Source of the DNA: Chrysochromulina tobinii
Lineage: Eukaryota
NCBI GenBank assembly: GCA_001275005.1
Contig: JWZX01003386.1
Span: 1 to 41,164 of the forward strand
Reading direction: 5' to 3'
Length of the DNA stretch: 41,164 nt
The notes below the pieces were generated by a model, which was given only the letters and a program-made list of their open reading frames with translations, was not told the origin of the DNA and ran no database searches. Made by a program: the position numbers and the translations under genes. This document shows, in pieces, positions 29,095 through 35,246 of this stretch. Position 1 is the stretch's first letter. Every line of letters begins with the position of its first letter.

Positions 29095-31017
29095 CTACCG
29101 CGGCAGGCGCGGGCGCACCACGACCACGCATGCGAGTAGCAGCGATGCCATGGCGAGGGTCACCTTGGAACGCAGACTCCATGCGGCACGAAGTTTCGAG
29201 TCCTCGAGCAGCGGAGCGGGGCTGCCGAGCGTCAGTGCCGCTTGCAGCGTGGCCATCTGACAAGGGATCGCCGCCGCCGCGTGCAGCATAGGCAACGCGA
29301 GTGCGGCTCCGGATGCTTCTCCCAGCCGGAGGTCCATTGAGAGCGCCACACGCGCCCCAAGCGCGTTCGCGAGTACGGCGCCCCCACGTGCCCCTTGCAT
29401 GCTCGGCTCTTCGGCCAGGGCCGTTGAGAAGACCATGGCCCGTCGGCAATCGGGGTGAAGCCGCACCGCGCACAGGGCCGCGACCGCGCTGATGAACCCA
29501 TCGACCACCGCGACAACGCCGGCCCTCTCCGCCTCGATGTAGGCGCCAGCCATCGCAGCAAGCTCGAACCCCCCGAGGCGACGCAACGCCTCTTTTGCCC
29601 TGGCGCTCGGCGTGGGCGCGAACTCGAGCGCAGACTGGTGGTTCGCACAGCAGACGCTGACCACCGCCTCCTTGTGCCGCAGGCCCGCGTCGTCGAGCCC
29701 TGTACCGCGTCCGCAGCACTCGCAAGGAGCCACACCAGTCAGGGCCGCCAACAGAGCGGCCGCGGAGGTGGTGTTGCCGATGCCCACTTCGCCGATAGCG
29801 ATCACCCGCGCGCCGCGTCGCGCCACCTCCTCGCGCACGCACGCGCGCCCAAGCTCAAGCGCGGCCTCTACGCCCTCCTCGTCCATCGCCGGCGAGGTGC
29901 GCATGTCGGCCGTGCCCTTAGCCAGCTTGGCGTGGCGCACACGGATGGAAGAGGATCCCGGCTGCACGTCGTCCACCACACCGTCGATGCCGCAGTCGAC
30001 GACGGTCAATGCGGCACCCGCCGCTCGCGCCAGCACGCCCGTCGCGGAGACGCCAGCTGCCAAGGCGCGGAACACAGCGCACGTGACGAGTTGCGGGAAT
30101 GGAGAGATGGACGGGTCGCAGCGCTTGACGCCGTGGTCGGCGCAGAAGACGATGACGCTCTGCGGAGTGGCCACAGGGCTCAGGGTACGCTGCATACGGC
30201 ACAGAACGAGCGACCACTCCTCGAGCAGCCCGAGCGAGCCCGGCGGCTTCGCAAGGGAGTCCATGCGAGCTTTCGAGCGCGTGTCTATCGACATTGCCGC
30301 TTCCGCCTCCGCGGCTGCTGCCGCTGCCACATCTGCCGATGCCGCCTCTGCCGCCTCTGCCGCTGCTGCCACTGCTGCCGCCTCTGCCTCCGCCTTCGTC
30401 TCCGCCTGTGCTACCGCGTCCGCCGCTGCCACCGCTACCGCCGCCTCTACTACGACCAACTCGGCCTCCAAGGACCTGGTCGCAGGCGACTTGATGTCAG
30501 GGGACATGGTCGCAGGAGACTTTGCTTCAGGCGTCCACGTCCAGTCACGGACGCCGCCGACTCGTCTCGGCGTCCACGTCGCAGCCTCCCCCGTTTGACA
30601 GGGCGCGTCGAGAAAGCTTCGGAGCGACTCGGGCCCCACGCCCGGCGCCTCGAAGCGCAAGGCAAACAGATGCACCCACGCTTGCAACATGTCCTGCATC
30701 TGCTTCGAGCGGTTCGCGAGAAAAGCCGGGTCGAGGCGATTGAACTGCAGCCAGCTGTGCGGTTCGAGGCGCGGCAGGACATCCCGGGAGCGCCTGAGTG
30801 CATCTCCGTCGCTCGCCCGCAGGGCGCTCTCGAGCGCGCGAAGGTCGGACCAACGCCTGAGTGTCTCCCACTGTCGGCCGCTCTCGGAGGTGGTCGACAC
30901 CCGATACACGACGTACGGCTCCTTTGCGTTTCGATCCTTGTCGTTGCTGCGCACGATTTCGAAGCCGAGCACGCGCACCGATGGCGCGGCTTCTTGGAGA
31001 GGCTCGGGGATGCCCAT
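29095..31017 (-). CDS. cobT: PX domain - CobT (nicotinate-nucleotide:dimethylbenzimidazole phosphoribosyltransferase) fusion with C-terminal TM helix; true start may be 31192
   Basis: PX: PYVVYRV..WETLRRWSDLRAL..LPRLEP..LDPAFLANRSKQMQDMLQ. CobT: LAKPPGSLGLLE, FCADHGV, KGTADM, GEVGIGNTTSAAA, GRGTG, GGFELAAMAG, DGFIS, LRLGEASGAALA. Tail VTLAMASLLLACVVVV-RPRLPR. Confidence 0.9.
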   Translation of the reverse strand: MGIPEPLQEAAPSVRVLGFEIVRSNDKDRNAKEPYVVYRVSTTSESGRQWETLRRWSDLRALESALRASDGDALRRSRDVLPRLEPHSWLQFNRLDPAFLANRSKQMQDMLQAWVHLFALRFEAPGVGPESLRSFLDAPCQTGEAATWTPRRVGGVRDWTWTPEAKSPATMSPDIKSPATRSLEAELVVVEAAVAVAAADAVAQAETKAEAEAAAVAAAAEAAEAASADVAAAAAAEAEAAMSIDTRSKARMDSLAKPPGSLGLLEEWSLVLCRMQRTLSPVATPQSVIVFCADHGVKRCDPSISPFPQLVTCAVFRALAAGVSATGVLARAAGAALTVVDCGIDGVVDDVQPGSSSIRVRHAKLAKGTADMRTSPAMDEEGVEAALELGRACVREEVARRGARVIAIGEVGIGNTTSAAALLAALTGVAPCECCGRGTGLDDAGLRHKEAVVSVCCANHQSALEFAPTPSARAKEALRRLGGFELAAMAGAYIEAERAGVVAVVDGFISAVAALCAVRLHPDCRRAMVFSTALAEEPSMQGARGGAVLANALGARVALSMDLRLGEASGAALALPMLHAAAAIPCQMATLQAALTLGSPAPLLEDSKLRAAWSLRSKVTLAMASLLLACVVVVRPRLPR

Positions 31018-31615
31018 CGCCCAGCGCTCCAGCCGCAAGTTACGGAGGACGGGCGTCCAGGTCACCGTCCGCCTCAGCTCCTCCCGTGTGGCAAGTCTCC
31101 CTTAGTGCCGGTAAATCCGCGATGACATTGGGCTTATCTTCGATAACCGCAGTCTCGCCGGCCACCGAAGCGCTTGACGCGCCGGCTCCCATTGTCGTGC
31201 GAAGATGGTCGCGGTTGTCCCAGGGTTCGGGCGATGTCCGATGAGGAGAATCTAAGAATCTTTCTCAACACATGCCGAATCCTAACGGTTGAAAAACACC
31301 AAGGCCCGGGGGGTGCCAGGATACACACGGGACTCATGGGCGCAGACGGGCACACGGATCTTACAGACGTGGATCAACCTCACAACCATCCCAACCCACC
31401 AGTGACGCACACACTCACTTTCTACACTCCGCCGCGGCCGACTCAACAGCAGCACCCCCCAAAATGCCGGTATCGGTTCAAAAACACCGGGGGGAGCCGG
31501 TACCCCGCGTACGTGTGCCGGTACCGGCACGCGCTGAGTCGGTCGCTGCGGCACATGGGGTGTTACGGTGTTTTTCAATACATGTATATTTTCAAGAAGC
31601 GCACCTGTGCATGTC

Positions 31616-31723
31616 GAGGAATTGTTCAAGTTCAAGTTACTACATAAACAACAGACAACCTAACGGAAGCCTATCGAATGAGATGAACTTGAACTTGAAC
31701 TTGAACTTGAACTTGAGGAATTG
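31616..31723. mobile_element. 90-bp element with inverted GAACTT microsatellite ends and 9-bp flanking direct repeats
   Basis: gaggaattg (31616-31624) + ttcaagttcaagtt ... (gaactt)5 (31685-31714) + gaggaattg (31715-31723). Confidence 0.6.
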
Positions 31724-31888
31724 CATGTATTCAGAATATTGTAAACTGTTCAAAAGGAAATGAGCGGTGGAATGTTGGGTCACTCACCAATGCCAAGGCC
31801 GCGAAGTACGACGCACGCACGCACGCGTAGAATCGCCAATGTACGACAGGGCATGGCAGCGGACACGGTCGTTAGAACGAAGACGCCC

Positions 31889-33790
31889 ATGTCGAGCGCC
31901 AGCGGCACGCGCCTTGCGGCACTCGCATGCCTTGCGGTCAACGCGGTGCTGGTCGCACACAATGAGCTGCTGCGCTCGGAGCTTCCGGTGGGCTTCCGGC
32001 CACGTCGCTTCTTGCTAGATCGCCTCAGGGCGACGCTCGGCTACGATGTTGAGCCACACTACCCGACGCATGTGGCGGCGCTCATCGCTCGGCTGCGCGC
32101 GCTGACTGCCAGGCAAGCGGAAGGCGAGCGGCGCATATTCCGCGTTGACCGCTCGCGCGCCGACTACCGTGTGACCGTCGCCGAGGCCCTCGAGGCGCTC
32201 GGGCTGCGCACCGCCAACGATACTGACTCGTGGGACTTTGACGTCTACTGGGGCAACCAATGGACTGAGCACGCAGCATTCCTCGACCCGCGCCTCGCGC
32301 CACACATTCTCGTGAGCTCGGTGCTCGGATTGATGGCTGAGACACTCGGCGACAAGGGCTTTCTCGGCCACGCGCTGCAGCTCTGCGCGGCGCAGTTCGG
32401 CCACGAGGCCTGCGACTTCATCCCGCCAATCTACGCGATGCCACACCAGATGGCGCGATGGCGCGAGGCATTTCGAACGCACCGGTACTGGATGCGCAAG
32501 GACAAGAAGGTGTGGGGCTCGGCGAGCGTGAGCATCCTCTCGTCGCTCAAGCAGCTGCCAGCCGAAGGCACGAGCTACCTGCTGCAGCAGTACGTGGCGC
32601 GTCCGCTGCTGTGGCAGGGCTTCAAGCATGACCTACGCCTATGGGCCGTCCTGACGTCAGTACGCCCACTGCGTCTCTACCTGCTCCAGGATGGCTGGGC
32701 ACGCATTGCCGCGCGCCGGTACGACGCGGAGGGGCTCGAGACCAACGCGGAGGATGTGTGCATGCACCTGACGGCCACCTACTGCGCCGAGGTGCCGACG
32801 GACTCTCTGCGCCTGATGCGCACCAACCTTGGCACCTACAGGAACGGCCTCGCGACCCACAGTCCATTTGCACGCGAGCTGTGGCCTGCCATCGAACGCG
32901 CGATCCTCAAGACGGTGCTGTTCGCTGCGCCGCTGCTCGAGGGGTATGAGGCGATGCTGAGCACGGAAGGCGCGTCGTATCGGCGCTTCGGTTTCCTCTC
33001 CCTCGACCTCATCTTGACGGCCACGGGCGCGGCGTACGTTGAGGAGGTGAACACCAATGGCTTCCTCTTGGGTACGCGTATCCCCAACGGCTGGCAGTAC
33101 ACGCTGGATGCCATGACGACGCTTGGGCTTGGCGGCTACCCTCGCCGTCCCGAGTACGCGCGCCGCCTCGAGGCGGCCGTCGCCGAGTTGTGCGATGTTG
33201 GCGGAACCGACGGCACCGATGGCGCTGACGACGGCGCTGGCGGCGGCGGCAACGGCGGCAGCCACGGCGGCAACGGCGACAGCCATAATGGCGGCAACGG
33301 CTCCAGCGGCGGCGGCGGCCACGGCCGGTTTCCGCGCCGCCGATTTCATTGCTCCGACGCCGAGCTGGAAGCGATGCAACGGCTGGTGGATGAGAGTGAG
33401 CACTCAGGCCAATTTGAAAGGATCTTCCCCCCCTCGACGCGTGCGCAGCTCGACGCTCTTGGACCGCTCGCCGCGGGCGCGACTTCAAGTCCCTTGGCAG
33501 CTCTCTCCGCGGAACTCGCGATCCGAATGTACGACAACGACGAAGAGGCGGCGCGGCGCGCGGCTCTCGTGACCGAGCAGTCCGAGAATGCCGAGGATCG
33601 CAAGCCATGGGACCGGTATGGCCTCGATGGCCCTTGGGGCCAAGCCAAGGCCGCCGTGCGCGAGGAGAATCGGGCGCTGATGGCTTCGATACGTGCCGCG
33701 CGCAACTTGCCCCCTGAGTCTGAGGCGGAGACCAACGGCAACGAGGCCAACGACGATGGCGCCGGCGGCGCCGGCGTCACTTCTGAATAG
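31889..33790 (+). CDS. Tubulin-tyrosine ligase-like (TTL/TTLL) ATP-grasp protein with N-terminal hydrophobic segment
   Basis: FIPPIYAMP, LLQQYVARPLL..KHDLRLWAVLTS..PLRLYL..GWARIA, MHLT, LSLDLIL..EEVN. The ORF is open from 31760; ATG 31889 precedes RLAALACLAVNAVLVA. Confidence 0.85.
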   Translation: MSSASGTRLAALACLAVNAVLVAHNELLRSELPVGFRPRRFLLDRLRATLGYDVEPHYPTHVAALIARLRALTARQAEGERRIFRVDRSRADYRVTVAEALEALGLRTANDTDSWDFDVYWGNQWTEHAAFLDPRLAPHILVSSVLGLMAETLGDKGFLGHALQLCAAQFGHEACDFIPPIYAMPHQMARWREAFRTHRYWMRKDKKVWGSASVSILSSLKQLPAEGTSYLLQQYVARPLLWQGFKHDLRLWAVLTSVRPLRLYLLQDGWARIAARRYDAEGLETNAEDVCMHLTATYCAEVPTDSLRLMRTNLGTYRNGLATHSPFARELWPAIERAILKTVLFAAPLLEGYEAMLSTEGASYRRFGFLSLDLILTATGAAYVEEVNTNGFLLGTRIPNGWQYTLDAMTTLGLGGYPRRPEYARRLEAAVAELCDVGGTDGTDGADDGAGGGGNGGSHGGNGDSHNGGNGSSGGGGHGRFPRRRFHCSDAELEAMQRLVDESEHSGQFERIFPPSTRAQLDALGPLAAGATSSPLAALSAELAIRMYDNDEEAARRAALVTEQSENAEDRKPWDRYGLDGPWGQAKAAVREENRALMASIRAARNLPPESEAETNGNEANDDGAGGAGVTSE

Positions 33791-34003
33791 TGAGAGTTAC
33801 TTTCTACTTAGGGCGTTACCTCGCTCCTCGGAACCTCGCGCGTCTAAGGACTAAGTGTTACCGCTCCGCTGCCTGCGGGCGTGTATTACGAGCTACGGCG
33901 ACGGCGGCCTCGTACGCCCACTCGAGGCCTCGCGCCGCGAACGGGCGGTGCGGCATCCGCGCAACGCGGTCGCGGACAAGACATACAACTCGAGAGCACG
34001 TCA

Positions 34004-34231
34004 CACGAGGAGCGGGCGCGGTCCGCGGCGCGAGACGAGGCTCGAGGGCGGACCGCCGGGGCTCCGAGTCCGCTACGAAAGGACACAAGGCTGAGATGAT
34101 AGGTCCCACGAGAGCGGGCGCGGTCCGCGGCGCGAGACGAGGCTCGAGGGCGGACCGCCGGGGCTCCGAGTCCGCTACCGGAAAGGACACAAGGCTGAGA
34201 TGATAGGTCCCAGGGGACCTATCATCTCAGC
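34004..34231. repeat. ~103-bp tandem duplication followed by a perfect 18-bp-stem inverted repeat
   Basis: gagcgggcgcggtccgc...gctgagatgataggtccc starts at 34010 and 34112. Hairpin gctgagatgataggtccc-ag-gggacctatcatctcagc at 34194-34231. Confidence 0.9.
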
Positions 34232-34402
34232 GGGCCATCCCGCTCAGCGGCTAAAATGTAACCTTGATGTGACAAATAACCTTTCGTGTCTAGTAGCCCG
34301 AACTCGGATTCGACACAGCGCACAGCGCAGTGAGATAAAAGCATAAAACAGACACAGATGTTTCCATTTGACAGGCCCGGCCGCTAGAGCTTCGACGCGA
34401 CT

Positions 34403-34930
34403 TTACTCGTCATCGTCGAGCAGGTCGTCGAGCGGGTTGTCGCCACGCTTCTTCATGATGCGGTAGAACTCGTCGGGGTTGATCTCGCCGTCGCCATCGC
34501 GGTCGGCCTGGTCGATCATGTCCTGCAGCTCCTCCTCGGTCATGTTCTCGCCGAGCTCCTTGGCGACGCGCTTGAGGTTCTTGAACGAGATCTTGCCGGT
34601 GGAATCGTCGTCGAAGAGCTTGAAGACCTTGAGGATCTCCTCCTTCGTGTCCTTCTCGCCCATCTTGCCGGTCATCATCTCGAGGAACTCGGGGAACTCA
34701 ATGTGGCCCGAGCCGTCCGCGTCAATGTCCGTGATCATCTTGCGGAGCTCCTCCTTCTTGACCTCGAAGCCGAGAGCGCGCATCGCGGCCTTGAGCTCAC
34801 GGTAGTCAATGGAGCCGGAGTGGTCCGTGTCGAACAGATTGAACGCCTCACGGATCTCCTCAATCTGCTCCTCGGACAGCCCGGGCTTCTTGGCCTTTCC
34901 CTTGCTTGCTGGGGTGGCACCGCGACGCAT
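34403..34930 (-). CDS. CETN: Centrin (caltractin)
   Basis: [68 protein letters not shown]; four EF-hands; first ATG at 34930. Confidence 0.97.
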   Translation of the reverse strand: MRRGATPASKGKAKKPGLSEEQIEEIREAFNLFDTDHSGSIDYRELKAAMRALGFEVKKEELRKMITDIDADGSGHIEFPEFLEMMTGKMGEKDTKEEILKVFKLFDDDSTGKISFKNLKRVAKELGENMTEEELQDMIDQADRDGDGEINPDEFYRIMKKRGDNPLDDLLDDDE

Positions 34931-35018
34931 GATGCTAAGTGGTTCTGCGCGGAAGGAGACGATCGGCGAGCGTTCAGAGAAAAGGGTCAACTGCACGTTC
35001 GTTGTAGGCGTACGCAGG

Positions 35019-35064
35019 GAACAAAGGCCTTCGCATCACGAACAAAGGCCTTCGCATCACGAAC
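35019..35064. repeat. 21-bp tandem duplication in the centrin / coiled-coil divergent promoter
   Basis: gaacaaaggccttcgcatcac x2 (35019-35060), followed by gaac. Confidence 0.85.
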
Positions 35065-35246
35065 CTTGCGCACGAACCTAGGCGAACACGTTACCGGTAC
35101 GCGGATGATGAAGTCCGTCATCACGCAAAACATAAAGCGACCGAAAGATAACTTGTAAACAACCTCTGAAACCCCAGGGGTAGGGACGGTGTTGGAGAGG
35201 CGAACTTATTTCTTGAGTAATTGGCCGGCTCGATCGCCAGCCGTCC

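Noticed and set aside
28326..29260. ORFs of 149-223 aa between SOD and PX-CobT
   Set aside because: No motifs, mostly non-ATG starts or low-complexity reading, and some run through the microsatellite insertion. Treated as non-coding.
31193..31760. Possible cobalamin riboswitch upstream of cobT
   Set aside because: I could not identify a B12-box or the conserved core by eye, and cobalamin riboswitches are not established in eukaryotes. An Infernal scan with the Rfam cobalamin models would settle it.
34070..34231. Hammerhead ribozyme or Helitron 3' end in the tandem repeat
   Set aside because: CTGAGATGA does not match the CUGANGA core, and no CTRR lies at the expected spacing after the 18-bp hairpin.
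17701..34930. Cilia-related gene cluster (NEK, TTL-like, centrin)
   Set aside because: These are large families in flagellates and are interspersed with unrelated genes, so co-location is compatible with chance.
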